Source: an uncultured Desulfobacter sp.
Lineage (GTDB): Bacteria > Desulfobacterota > Desulfobacteria > Desulfobacterales > Desulfobacteraceae
Direction of reading: 5' to 3'
DNA length: 64,000 nt
Assembly: GCA_963665095.1 (NCBI GenBank)
Contig: OY762069.1
Span: forward strand, 1,568,001-1,632,000
Shown here: piece after piece, positions 9,149-19,105 of the stretch
Layout of the letters: every line of letters begins with the position of its first letter
How positions within the stretch are numbered: the stretch's first letter is position 1
Position numbers and translations under genes: made by a program
The notes under the pieces: model-generated
Told to the model about the DNA's origin: nothing
The model's input: only the letters and a program-made list of their open reading frames with translations
Database searches by the model: none

Positions 9149-12100
9149 TCAGGCTGTCTGTTTTTTCTGCCAGCGCTTTTTCTTTCTTATCTTTTCTTTA
9201 ACTGGCGCACACCGGGTCTCTATACTCCCCGGCCCCAGAATCGTTTCAATCTCTTTAAAAAAATCGGGATGGGCATCAGCTCTGTACAGGTCGGAAAGCT
9301 TCATTAAAACCTCAGGGTGTTCATCATCAATGTGAATACTGAAAAGGGAGATGCAGTCCCCCGGATAGCGTTCTATAACGGGTTTAATCTGGTCAAACAC
9401 ATCAAGTTTGTGTTTTTCAGCATCCACCTGCATGACAATACCTGCAGTCCATTGGGTTTCAGCATGGGCCACGGGAACAATGGCCTCTGCTATCAGCTTC
9501 ACCGTACTTTCTGTTTTCTGGACCTCCGCCTCCACAATGACAATCTGTTCCTGGGACAAAAAGGTGTGCGTTCTGGCATACAGATTGGGAAATACCACCA
9601 GTTCAACTGTGGCATACTGGTCCTCAATGGCGCAGAAAGCCATCATATCCCCCTTTTTGGTTTTGTGTTGTTTTAACACCTTAAGGGTCCCGCCAATGCG
9701 CACCATCTTCTCATTTTCCATATCCTGAAGAGAAACAGTGTTTACGGTTGTATATTTGTTTATGATATCGGCATATTCATCCATGGGATGGCCTGTGATA
9801 TAAAAGCCTAGGGCTTCCTTTTCCAATTCCAGCAGTACATTGCCGTCCCACTCACCCAGTGACGGCATTTGCGGAATACTGGAGGGAAGCGATATACCCA
9901 CACCTGAATCAGCAAACAGATCCAGCTGGGCATCGGCCTTTTCCTTCTGGATTCTGGAGCCGTGTTCAAGCGCATCTTCAATCACAGCCGTCATCTGAGA
10001 ACGTTTGTCCCCCGTGGAATCAAGTGCCCCGCATTTAATCAGGGCCTCCACCACCTTTTTATTGGCCTTGCTTAAATTCACCCGTTCGCAGAAATCATAC
10101 AGGCTTTTATAGGGGCCTTCTTTCTCCCTGCTTTCCACAATGGAGTCAATGGCGGCATCACCAACCCCTTTGATGGCCGCAAGCCCGAACCGGATACACC
10201 CGTCATCCACGTTAAAAAATGCATCACTCTGGTTGACGTCCGGAGGCAGCACCTTGATATTATGTGCCCGGCACTCATCCATATATTTAAGTACTGCATC
10301 TGAATTACTGCGTTCTGACGTCATGAGTGCGGCAATAAATTCAACTGGGAAATGTGCTTTGAGATAGGCGGTCTGAAAAGCGATCAGGGCATAGGCGGCG
10401 GAATGTGATTTATTAAACCCGTATCCCCCGAATTTCTCCATGAGATCAAACAACTCCTTGGCCTTGTCCGGGTCATGGCCGTTTTCCTTTGCCCCGTTCA
10501 TGAAAAGCGTGCGGTGTTCTTCCATCATGGCGGCTATTTTTTTGCCCATGGCCTTGCGCAGTCCGTCTGCCTGGGCCATGGAGTAGTTGGCAAGAACACC
10601 TGCAATTTTCATCACCTGTTCCTGATACAGGATAACACCGTATGTTTCCTTGAGAACGGATTCAAGTTCTGGGAACAGATAGGTCACAGGTTCACGGCCA
10701 TGCCTTCTTTCAACATACGTGTCCGCCATGCCGGAATCCAAAGGCCCGGGCCGGTAAAGAGCCACCAGCGCAACGATATCTGAGAAACTGGCCGGTTTCA
10801 GACGTGAAATCAACTCTTTCATGCCGGAGCTTTCCAGTTGAAACACGCCGGTTGTGTCTGAACTTTGAAGCAAATCAAAAGTTTTTTGATCTGAGTAATC
10901 AAGATGAAGCAGATCCGGCGGTGTTTTTTCCTGCTTTTCAATAAGACCGATGCAGTTTTTAATAACCGTGAGATTGCGAAGTCCTAGAAAATCAAATTTG
11001 ACCAGTCCCTGCTTTTCTGTAAAGGTCATGTCAAACTGGGTAATGGTTTCGCCGTCTTTGCCTTTAAACAGGGGCAGATATTCGCACAATGGCTTGTCCG
11101 ACACCACCACCCCGGCTGCGTGGGTGGAAGCATGCCTGGGCAGCCCTTCAAGCACCATGGAAACGTCAAGCATCTGGCTTTTTACATCCGATTCACAGCA
11201 CTTATCCCTGATGGCCGGCACTTCCTCCAATGCTTTTTTCAAGTTTTTGGCAGTATCAGGGATCATTTTGGCAATTTCATCCACCTCGGACAGTGGCACG
11301 CCCAACGCCCGTCCCACATCCCGGATCACTGCCTTGGCTTTGAGTTTTCCAAAGGTAATAATCTGACAGACATACTCAGGCCCGCCATATCGCTTTACCG
11401 TATAGTCGTACACCTGCTCCCGGCCTTCAATGCAGAAATCCACATCAATATCAGGCATGGAGATCCGGGCCGGATTCAGAAACCGTTCAAAAATCAGCCC
11501 GTGTTCTATGGGGTCCAGGGCCGTAATACCCATGGCATACGCCACCATGGAACCGGCAGCAGATCCTCTGCCAGGACCCACCGGCACCCCGATGCTCCTG
11601 GCATGGGCGATAAAATCCGCCACAATCAGAAAATACCCGGGAAACCCCATTTCAAGAATCACCCCGATTTCATATTCGATCCGGTCCCGGTATACCTTTT
11701 CATCAATCTTTGGATTTTTGGCTTTGATTTTAGCCAGCCTTTCTTCAAAGCCTTCCATAGCCAGCTTTTTGAAAAGTTCGTCCTCGGACAATCCATCCCC
11801 CAGGTCATACCTGGGAAAATGGTAGGTCTTTTTGCCAAAATCAATCTCGCACATATCCGCGATTAGTTTTGTGTTGGCAATGGCGTCCGGGAAATGCCCC
11901 AATGATCCGTCCATCTCCTCTTTTGATTTAAAATAGAGCTGGTCTGAATCAAATTTGAACCGCTTGGGGCTGTCATATGTATCGCCGGTCTGAATACACA
12001 AAAGGATCTCATGGGCTTTGGCATCTTCTTTGGCAAGGTAGTGGCAGTCATTGGTTGCCACAAGAGGAATGGAGAGCCGTTTGCTCATCTCAAGCAGCCC

Positions 12101-12676
12101 CTCATTGAGCCGGTGCTGAATCTCCATGCCATTTTCCTGAACTTCCAGGAAAAAATTGCCCTCACCCAGCGTATCCAGATAGTACCTTGCCAGATCATCG
12201 GCCTTATTGATCTCCCCGGCCAGTATGGCCTGGGGGATATCCCCTTTCAAACATGCAGACAACCCCACAAGCCCCTTGCAGTGTTCAGACAACAGGGCTT
12301 TGTCGATACGGGGTTTATAATAAAACCCCTTCAGCTGGGCCACAGATACCAGTTTGCAAAGATTAGTATACCCTTCCATGTTTTTGGCCAGAAGCACCAG
12401 GTGCCTTAACCCTTTGGCGTCTACCTGTGTCCTGTCGTTCAGGGTTCTCGGGGCAACATAAACCTCGCAGCCCAATATGGGTTTGATGCCTGCTTTCTGG
12501 GCTTTTTCATAAAACTCAGCCACGCCGAACATGGTGCCGTGATCCGTAATGGAAACAGCATCCATACCATATTCCTTGCATCTCTCCATAAGGGAGTTAA
12601 GCCGGATGGCACCGTCCAGAAGGGAATATTCCGTATGAAGATGGAGATGATAAAAAGGGATATCCTTGTCACTCAT
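9149..12676 (-). CDS. dnaE: DNA polymerase III subunit alpha
   Basis: HLHLHTEYSLLDGA PHP domain, GPGRGSAAGS, MPDIDVDF, YGFNKSH. Confidence 0.98.
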   Translation of the reverse strand: MSDKDIPFYHLHLHTEYSLLDGAIRLNSLMERCKEYGMDAVSITDHGTMFGVAEFYEKAQKAGIKPILGCEVYVAPRTLNDRTQVDAKGLRHLVLLAKNMEGYTNLCKLVSVAQLKGFYYKPRIDKALLSEHCKGLVGLSACLKGDIPQAILAGEINKADDLARYYLDTLGEGNFFLEVQENGMEIQHRLNEGLLEMSKRLSIPLVATNDCHYLAKEDAKAHEILLCIQTGDTYDSPKRFKFDSDQLYFKSKEEMDGSLGHFPDAIANTKLIADMCEIDFGKKTYHFPRYDLGDGLSEDELFKKLAMEGFEERLAKIKAKNPKIDEKVYRDRIEYEIGVILEMGFPGYFLIVADFIAHARSIGVPVGPGRGSAAGSMVAYAMGITALDPIEHGLIFERFLNPARISMPDIDVDFCIEGREQVYDYTVKRYGGPEYVCQIITFGKLKAKAVIRDVGRALGVPLSEVDEIAKMIPDTAKNLKKALEEVPAIRDKCCESDVKSQMLDVSMVLEGLPRHASTHAAGVVVSDKPLCEYLPLFKGKDGETITQFDMTFTEKQGLVKFDFLGLRNLTVIKNCIGLIEKQEKTPPDLLHLDYSDQKTFDLLQSSDTTGVFQLESSGMKELISRLKPASFSDIVALVALYRPGPLDSGMADTYVERRHGREPVTYLFPELESVLKETYGVILYQEQVMKIAGVLANYSMAQADGLRKAMGKKIAAMMEEHRTLFMNGAKENGHDPDKAKELFDLMEKFGGYGFNKSHSAAYALIAFQTAYLKAHFPVEFIAALMTSERSNSDAVLKYMDECRAHNIKVLPPDVNQSDAFFNVDDGCIRFGLAAIKGVGDAAIDSIVESREKEGPYKSLYDFCERVNLSKANKKVVEALIKCGALDSTGDKRSQMTAVIEDALEHGSRIQKEKADAQLDLFADSGVGISLPSSIPQMPSLGEWDGNVLLELEKEALGFYITGHPMDEYADIINKYTTVNTVSLQDMENEKMVRIGGTLKVLKQHKTKKGDMMAFCAIEDQYATVELVVFPNLYARTHTFLSQEQIVIVEAEVQKTESTVKLIAEAIVPVAHAETQWTAGIVMQVDAEKHKLDVFDQIKPVIERYPGDCISLFSIHIDDEHPEVLMKLSDLYRADAHPDFFKEIETILGPGSIETRCAPVKEKIRKKKRWQKKQTA

Positions 12677-12682
12677 ATTATT

Positions 12683-14152
12683 TTAATTGCTTTCAACTCT
12701 GTAGTTAGGGGCTTCCTTGGTGATCACAACGTCATGGACATGACTCTCCCGTAAACCAGCTGCTGTTATCTGAACAAATTTAGCCTTTTTATGCAGGTCA
12801 TCAACTGTTCCAGCACCAAGATATCCCATGCCGGCCTTAAGACCGCCAATCATTTGAACAATGTTTTCCCGGACGGTCCCCCGGTAGGGAATTCGGCCCA
12901 CAATGCCTTCAGGCACCAGCTCTTCATTTTCACCGGTATCTTTCTGGTAATAGCGGTCGGAACTGCCTTTTTTCATGGCCTCCACAGATCCCATGCCGCG
13001 GTAGGCTTTGTAGGAGCGGCCCTGATAGATCACAATTTCGCCCGGACTCTCCTTGGTGCCGGCTAGAAGACTGCCCAGCATCACGGAATGGGCTCCGGCC
13101 CCAAGGGCCTTGGCTATGTCACCGGAGAATTTAATACCGCCGTCCGCAATTAAAGGAATGCCGGTTTTCTTGGAAATCTGCGCACAGTTTAAAACTGCTG
13201 TAAGCTGAGGTACGCCCACCCCGGCCACAATACGGGTGGTACAGATGGAGCCGGGTCCGATACCGATTTTAACAGCATCCACACCGGCATCAATCAACGC
13301 CTTTGCCCCATGTTCAGTGGCAACGTTTCCTGCAATAAGCTGGCATGAAGGAAAAGCACCTTTAATCCGTTGTATGGCCTCAATGACATTTTTTGAATGG
13401 CCGTGGGAGGTATCAATGACAATGGCGTCAGCACCTGCAGTTAAAAGGGCTTCCACCCGCTGCATCATATCAGACCCCACACCGACAGCCGCACCGGCCC
13501 TGAGCCGGCCAAGAGAGTCTTTGCAGGCATTGGGGTATTTTTTAATTTTTTCAATATCCTTGATGGTAATCAAGCCTTTGAGCTTGCCCTGGGGATCCAC
13601 CACAAGAAGTTTTTCAATCCTGTGCTTGTGCAGCATGATTTTGGACTCTTCAAGCGAACATTTTTCAGGCACAGTTACCAGATTTTCACTGGTCATCACC
13701 TCTTTAGCCGCCTTGTCAAGCTGGGTTTCAAACCGCAAATCCCGGTTGGTTACAATTCCCACCAGCTTGTCGCCCTCCACCACAGGAATCCCTGAAATCC
13801 GGTACTTGGCCATAATATTGAGCACATCGGAAATCGTGGCATCCGGATGAACGGTTACCGGGTCGACAATCATGCCGCTTTCACTTTTTTTAACCCGGTC
13901 CACCTCAACGACCTGTTCGGCAATGCTTAAATTTCTGTGAATAAATCCCATGCCTCCGGCCCGGGCCATGCTGATGGCAGTTTCAGCCTCGGTCACAGTA
14001 TCCATGGCCGCACTGACAATGGGGATGTTAAGTTCAAGTTCTTTTGTCAGACGGGTTCGGGTCTGCACCTCATCGGGCAGTATGGATGAATAATCTGGAA
14101 CCAGGAGTACATCATCAAAAGATAACCCTGGCTCGAAAAATATTTTTGACAT
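12683..14152 (-). CDS. guaB: IMP dehydrogenase
   Basis: [11 protein letters not shown] pair, [20 protein letters not shown]. Confidence 0.98.
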   Translation of the reverse strand: MSKIFFEPGLSFDDVLLVPDYSSILPDEVQTRTRLTKELELNIPIVSAAMDTVTEAETAISMARAGGMGFIHRNLSIAEQVVEVDRVKKSESGMIVDPVTVHPDATISDVLNIMAKYRISGIPVVEGDKLVGIVTNRDLRFETQLDKAAKEVMTSENLVTVPEKCSLEESKIMLHKHRIEKLLVVDPQGKLKGLITIKDIEKIKKYPNACKDSLGRLRAGAAVGVGSDMMQRVEALLTAGADAIVIDTSHGHSKNVIEAIQRIKGAFPSCQLIAGNVATEHGAKALIDAGVDAVKIGIGPGSICTTRIVAGVGVPQLTAVLNCAQISKKTGIPLIADGGIKFSGDIAKALGAGAHSVMLGSLLAGTKESPGEIVIYQGRSYKAYRGMGSVEAMKKGSSDRYYQKDTGENEELVPEGIVGRIPYRGTVRENIVQMIGGLKAGMGYLGAGTVDDLHKKAKFVQITAAGLRESHVHDVVITKEAPNYRVESN

Positions 14153-14344
14153 AAAAAGCCTCCAGAAAGGGAAAGGTGTTTATTAATACTTTAAAAGGCC
14201 GGCAGTCATTTAAAAGGTGTGAATGAAAGGGCCGGCCTGTTTATTATTCCGGTAAAGTATATAAACACGTACTTTTACCAAAACCATGGCGGTTTTTCAA
14301 GGTCAATTCCCATAAGATTTCCCATAAGCCTTTTGGTCGCATTT

Positions 14345-15430
14345 TCATTTGCCAGGTCTGTCAAGCATATCAAGTATTACCGGTATGGCAGGTGGAACCT
14401 GTGTGCTCTTTTTAAATATCGGGGCAAGCATGGTTTTATGGTTGGCACGGACCACCGTGACAGGCACGTCCACAAGCACTGCAGAATTTAACGTGACCAG
14501 GCCGTCACCAATGATCATTGCCGCCTGATTCAAAAAAAAGTCTAAAAAACTGACATCCGGCGCAAGTTTGTCCTGTATATTCTGCCCACGGGTGATGGTG
14601 AAGTGTTCAGGCAAAGACTTCGGCAAAGGAAGTATTCGGCCGGCAATCATGTGCAGCCGTACCCCTTCAGGATAAGGCCGCGCGTTCAAACAGGAAAGAA
14701 ACTTCGAGCCTGGCAGAAGATCTATGGCAGCGGCACCAGTGCCGTCAAAAAAGGCGGAAAACCAGGACCCCTTACCATGTACGAAAAGCAATACCTGCTC
14801 TCTTATCTCCATGAAAAGCCGGAATCTTGCCAGAAAAGCACCGTGATTTGGGGTACCGGCCATGATCAGATCAGATATGACCGGAACCCTGCCGTTTTTC
14901 ACGGCAGATTCATAATTAATATCAGGATCTGAAAGCATCTGCCTGGCCACAAGGCCGCCCATACTGTGGCAAATGAGTACGACAGGCTGATTAAAAGATA
15001 CGCGGCTTAAGCAGTGAAATAAAAACAGAGAAGAGACATCAATATTCTGGTCATCCGGATACCGCAGTAAAAGCACGTCAAATCCTTCTTGCCAGAGGGC
15101 AGGGGCAAGCTTATCCCAGATCAACCCCGGCTCATCAAGACCGTGTATAAGAATAACACATGGTGCTGTCACCGCATTAGCACACGGCATCACACGATGG
15201 CCTGGCCCCTGGAAACAGAACAGACCGAACTCTTTAGCGGCCCTGGAAAAAGCAGGATTAAAAACACTCTGAATCAGTTCATATGAAAAAATCCTGATCT
15301 GCTTTTCCTGGGGTAAAAATGGAGTACGCCCAACCTGGTACAAAAGCGAGATTACCGTTAGAAACAGAAAAATCCGTGCTGTCTTTTTTTTAATCCGGGC
15401 AGAAATCATAAGAAAATAATTTGTTTTCAT
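14345..15430 (-). CDS. Alpha/beta hydrolase (lipase/PGAP1-like), membrane anchored
   Basis: IHGL oxyanion motif, CHSMGG nucleophile elbow, GTPNHG, GDGLV; start uncertain (ATG 15430 chosen to avoid overlap with the divergent gene). Confidence 0.8.
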   Translation of the reverse strand: MKTNYFLMISARIKKKTARIFLFLTVISLLYQVGRTPFLPQEKQIRIFSYELIQSVFNPAFSRAAKEFGLFCFQGPGHRVMPCANAVTAPCVILIHGLDEPGLIWDKLAPALWQEGFDVLLLRYPDDQNIDVSSLFLFHCLSRVSFNQPVVLICHSMGGLVARQMLSDPDINYESAVKNGRVPVISDLIMAGTPNHGAFLARFRLFMEIREQVLLFVHGKGSWFSAFFDGTGAAAIDLLPGSKFLSCLNARPYPEGVRLHMIAGRILPLPKSLPEHFTITRGQNIQDKLAPDVSFLDFFLNQAAMIIGDGLVTLNSAVLVDVPVTVVRANHKTMLAPIFKKSTQVPPAIPVILDMLDRPGK

Positions 15431-15500
15431 CCTCGAATATCTGATATAGCACCCCAAGGAAAATTCAACCACCTTAAATTTTATACAGGGAGCCTGACAG

Positions 15501-16322
15501 ATGACATACCTGACCATTGATCCGGAACTGTGCAAAAAAGACGGCATTTGTGCGGCTGAATGCCCCATGAAAATCATCTCCTGGAAAAAAGGCGAACGGC
15601 CCAGACCTTATCCCAATACCCGCAGCCTTTGTATCAATTGCGGCCATTGTGTGGCAGTATGTCCCCATGGCGCCCTTAACCACGAACACATACAGGTGGA
15701 TGACTGCACACCTGTCGATAAAAATCTCGTCCTCACGCTACCTCAGACCGAACAGTTCCTGCGCTCAAGACGCTCCATAAGAACTTTCAAGCCGGATGCA
15801 GTGGCACCTGACACTTTGTCAGAATTGATACGCCTGGCCAGCTATGCCCCGTCAGGGCACAACACCCAGCCGGTAAAATGGCGGGTCATAAACGGTTTGG
15901 ATCTTGTAAATGAGTACACCGCTATTGTGGTTGAATGGATGACTAAACAGCTGGACGAAAATCCGGATATGGCAAAGCTTATGCATCTGGATATGCTGGT
16001 CAATGCATGGCAGCATGGCGTAAATACCGTCACCCGGGATGCCCCTACCCTCATTCTTGCCCAGGGTCATAAAAGCAACCCCATGGCCCCTCAGGCCTGT
16101 ACTATTGCCATGACCTATCTGGATCTGGCAGCCAGGGCCTTTGATGTGGCGACCACCTGGTGTGGATTCTTTCATATGGCCGCCATGGTGTATGAACCTT
16201 TGGCAATTAAACTTGGCAAAGACGAGGGTCTTAGAACCCATGCAGTGATGATGGCAGGGTACCCGGTTTATACATACCACCGGATGCCACCCCGCAATAC
16301 TCCGGGAATCACCTGGGCGTAA
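15501..16322 (+). CDS. Nitroreductase family protein with N-terminal 4Fe-4S ferredoxin
   Basis: CKKDGICAAECP, CINCGHCVAVCP, RRSIR, APSGHNTQP. Confidence 0.92.
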   Translation: MTYLTIDPELCKKDGICAAECPMKIISWKKGERPRPYPNTRSLCINCGHCVAVCPHGALNHEHIQVDDCTPVDKNLVLTLPQTEQFLRSRRSIRTFKPDAVAPDTLSELIRLASYAPSGHNTQPVKWRVINGLDLVNEYTAIVVEWMTKQLDENPDMAKLMHLDMLVNAWQHGVNTVTRDAPTLILAQGHKSNPMAPQACTIAMTYLDLAARAFDVATTWCGFFHMAAMVYEPLAIKLGKDEGLRTHAVMMAGYPVYTYHRMPPRNTPGITWA

Positions 16323-16341
16323 CAGTAAAAAGGACAGATCC

Positions 16342-17424
16342 ATGGGAAATAAAATTGGCGTTGTCACCGGAGGTGGTGACTGTCCCGGACTTAATGCCGT
16401 TATCCGTGCCATTGTAAAGGCCGGGGACATGAAGGGATTTACCACCATCGGCATCCGGGGAGGCTTTGACGGACTTTTACCTCCGGTTCAGGCAGATCCT
16501 CTATCCCTAAGGGATATGGACGGACTTCTTATCCGTGGGGGGACCATTCTGGGGACTGCCAACTCCGGTCGGTTTTCATCAAAAACCGGACAGGGAGAAA
16601 CCAGGAAAATTCCTGAAGAAATCATGACTCAGGTCAGACAAAATGCAGAAGCACTGGGTTTGGCCGCTCTTGTGGTGATTGGAGGAGATGGGACCCTGAC
16701 CACTGCACTTCAGATGCATGAATCAGGACTCCCTGTAATCGGGGTTCCAAAGACCATTGACAATGACCTTGACGCCACCCAGCAGACCTTTGGATTTGAT
16801 ACGGCTGTGGCCTGTGCCGTTGATGCCCTTGACCGGTTGCACTCCACAGCCCAGAGCCATAACCGGGTGATGGTCCTCGAGGTCATGGGCAGATATGCCG
16901 GATGGATTGCCGCCTATGCAGGATTAGCAGGCGGTGCTGATGTCATTCTTATTCCTGAAATAAAATTCACCATGGCAGCCATAGAAAAAAAGATTCGTGA
17001 ACGGGAGGCCACAGGCAAATTGTTCACCATTGTTATTGTGGCAGAAGGGGCAAAAATAGATGATAACATGGTGGTAACAAACAATGATAACAAGGATCGT
17101 GAAGTACGGTTAGGAGGTATTGGATACAGGGTTGCATCACAAATTGAGCAGACCACGGGTAAAGAGAGCCGGTGTGTTGTACTGGGTCATCTCCAGCGCG
17201 GGGGGCAGCCAACCCACTGGGACCGGCAGTTATGTACCCGATTCGGGGTCCAAGCTGTGGATATGGCAGCCAGAGGCATTTTTGGCAAAATGGTGGCGCT
17301 CAAACCCAGTGGAATGATGGGGGCAGTTCCTTTAAAAGATGCTGTGAACAGAATTCATTGTGTCGATCCCAAAGGGGAACTGATCATGACAGCCCGGACA
17401 CTGGGGATCTGTTTCGGCGACTGA
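16342..17424 (+). CDS. pfkA: 6-phosphofructokinase (PfkA family, group III-like)
   Basis: TGGGDCPGLNAV, GGTILGT, GGDGT, PKTIDND, EVMGR, LGHLQRGG. Confidence 0.93.
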   Translation: MGNKIGVVTGGGDCPGLNAVIRAIVKAGDMKGFTTIGIRGGFDGLLPPVQADPLSLRDMDGLLIRGGTILGTANSGRFSSKTGQGETRKIPEEIMTQVRQNAEALGLAALVVIGGDGTLTTALQMHESGLPVIGVPKTIDNDLDATQQTFGFDTAVACAVDALDRLHSTAQSHNRVMVLEVMGRYAGWIAAYAGLAGGADVILIPEIKFTMAAIEKKIREREATGKLFTIVIVAEGAKIDDNMVVTNNDNKDREVRLGGIGYRVASQIEQTTGKESRCVVLGHLQRGGQPTHWDRQLCTRFGVQAVDMAARGIFGKMVALKPSGMMGAVPLKDAVNRIHCVDPKGELIMTARTLGICFGD

Positions 17425-17462
17425 ATCAACCGCTTTAGCTCTCTATTTAAAGGAGGCAAGCC

Positions 17463-18071
17463 ATGTTATTAACTGTAAATCCTCATACCCCCCAGGCCCG
17501 GATCATATCCATGGCAGTGGATATCTTAAAAAAAGGGGGAATCATTGCATACCCCACAGATACCTTTTACGGTATCGGGTGTGATATCATGAACAAGAAG
17601 GCCATTGAAAAAATTTATCTGATCAAACAACGGGCCAAGACCAAGCCGTTCAGCTTTATCTGTCCGGATTTAAAAAACATATCCGAATATGCCAAGGTCT
17701 CCAATATGGCGTACAGGCACATGAAACGACTTCTGCCCGGGCCTTACACCTTTATCCTTCCCGGCTCAAAAATGGTGCCTAAAATAATGCTCACTAAGCG
17801 GAAAACCGCTGGTATCAGAGTGCCGGACAACCAGATCGCCATCTGTCTTGCCCAGGAGTTGGGAAATCCCATCATCTCGACCTCAGCAACAGATCCTGAC
17901 GGGGAGGTGTTTGAAGATGCGTCTTTGCTTGATGACTATTTTGGCACACGGCTGGATGCGGTCCTGGACGGAGGCTCTGTACCCAATACACCATCGTCTG
18001 TCATCTCACTGGTCGACGATGAGATTGAAATCTTAAGGGATGGTGCCGGAGAGGTTGATTTTCTTGAATAG
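17463..18071 (+). CDS. tsaC: L-threonylcarbamoyladenylate synthase (Sua5/YciO/YrdC)
   Basis: YPTDTFYG, K.R...KP, LPGPYT, GIRVPD, STSA. Confidence 0.88.
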   Translation: MLLTVNPHTPQARIISMAVDILKKGGIIAYPTDTFYGIGCDIMNKKAIEKIYLIKQRAKTKPFSFICPDLKNISEYAKVSNMAYRHMKRLLPGPYTFILPGSKMVPKIMLTKRKTAGIRVPDNQIAICLAQELGNPIISTSATDPDGEVFEDASLLDDYFGTRLDAVLDGGSVPNTPSSVISLVDDEIEILRDGAGEVDFLE

Positions 18072-18089
18072 ACCCGCTGCCACTGTGCA

Positions 18090-18989
18090 TTAATTAAAAT
18101 TATATTTGAACTGCTCTGATAACCGGCTGCCCCAATTAACATCCTGAATCAGGGTCTCGGCCAGCTTTTTAAACAGGGTCATCTTATCCTGTTTGGGGTA
18201 GACCGGGACCAGTTTTTCCTGAATACCTGCCAGTTGTCCGGCCCACTGAACCGCATCGTCAAGGTTCCCTAACCGGTCGACAAGCTTGAGCTTTAATGCT
18301 GTTTGACCGGTATACACCCTGCCGTCGGCAAGTTTGGCCATGGCAGCGGTTTCTATATTCCGGGCAGATGCTGCATCCGATACAAACTGCGCATGGAGTT
18401 CATCCACAAGACTTTGAAACAGTTGTTTTTCGCTCTCTTTAAGTTCTCTCATGGGAGATCCCATATCTTTAAATTCACCGCTTTTTATTACCACGGGGGA
18501 GATACCGATCTTTTTTGCGATCTCTTCAAGGTTGGCGTATTCCATAATAACCCCGATGGAACCAGTGATCGTACCCTTATTTGCCACAATACCCTGGGCC
18601 GCACACGCGATATAATATCCGCCGGATGCCGCCACAGATCCCATGGAAGTGATCACAGGCTTATCAGTACGTGCCTTGATAAGTTCCCGGTAGATTTCCT
18701 GGGACGGACCAATCCCGCCACCAGGGCTGTCCACTCTTAAAATAATTGCCTTTATGGACTCATCTTCCCTGAATGTTTTAATATCTCTAATAATGTTTTT
18801 CGAAATAAGAATCGGTCCCGTCACCTCCACAATACCAATATTTCCAGAAGAGGAAGAAGACTCATTCAACTGGGTATTGACGGCAAAAGCGCCTAACATG
18901 GCCATACCTGAAATGGCAATTACCATAAAGGCGAAACAGCCGCAGATAATACACAAAAAAAACAGGAAAGGATGACGTCTTGAAAACAT
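18090..18989 (-). CDS. sppA: Signal peptide peptidase SppA (short form)
   Basis: DSPGG, AASGGYYIA, TGSIGV, DGRVYTG. Confidence 0.93.
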   Translation of the reverse strand: MFSRRHPFLFFLCIICGCFAFMVIAISGMAMLGAFAVNTQLNESSSSSGNIGIVEVTGPILISKNIIRDIKTFREDESIKAIILRVDSPGGGIGPSQEIYRELIKARTDKPVITSMGSVAASGGYYIACAAQGIVANKGTITGSIGVIMEYANLEEIAKKIGISPVVIKSGEFKDMGSPMRELKESEKQLFQSLVDELHAQFVSDAASARNIETAAMAKLADGRVYTGQTALKLKLVDRLGNLDDAVQWAGQLAGIQEKLVPVYPKQDKMTLFKKLAETLIQDVNWGSRLSEQFKYNFN

Positions 18990-19020
18990 AAGAAAGGGAT
19001 CCCTTTAATTTTAAACAATA

Positions 19021-19066
19021 AAAATAAAAAGGCCGGATGCCTCTATAAAAGGATCAATCCGGCCTT
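19021..19066 (-). terminator. Probable intrinsic terminator after rpsA
   Basis: AAGGCCGGAT...ATCCGGCCTT stem; plus-strand A-run gives a U-tract on the minus strand. Confidence 0.55.
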
Positions 19067-19105
19067 AAAACATATCAGCACAGTATGCTGCCTGTCAGAA
19101 GCACA

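Noticed and set aside
9149..12676. Intein or split DnaE
   Set aside because: Normal length (1175 aa) and the YGFNKSH region is uninterrupted.
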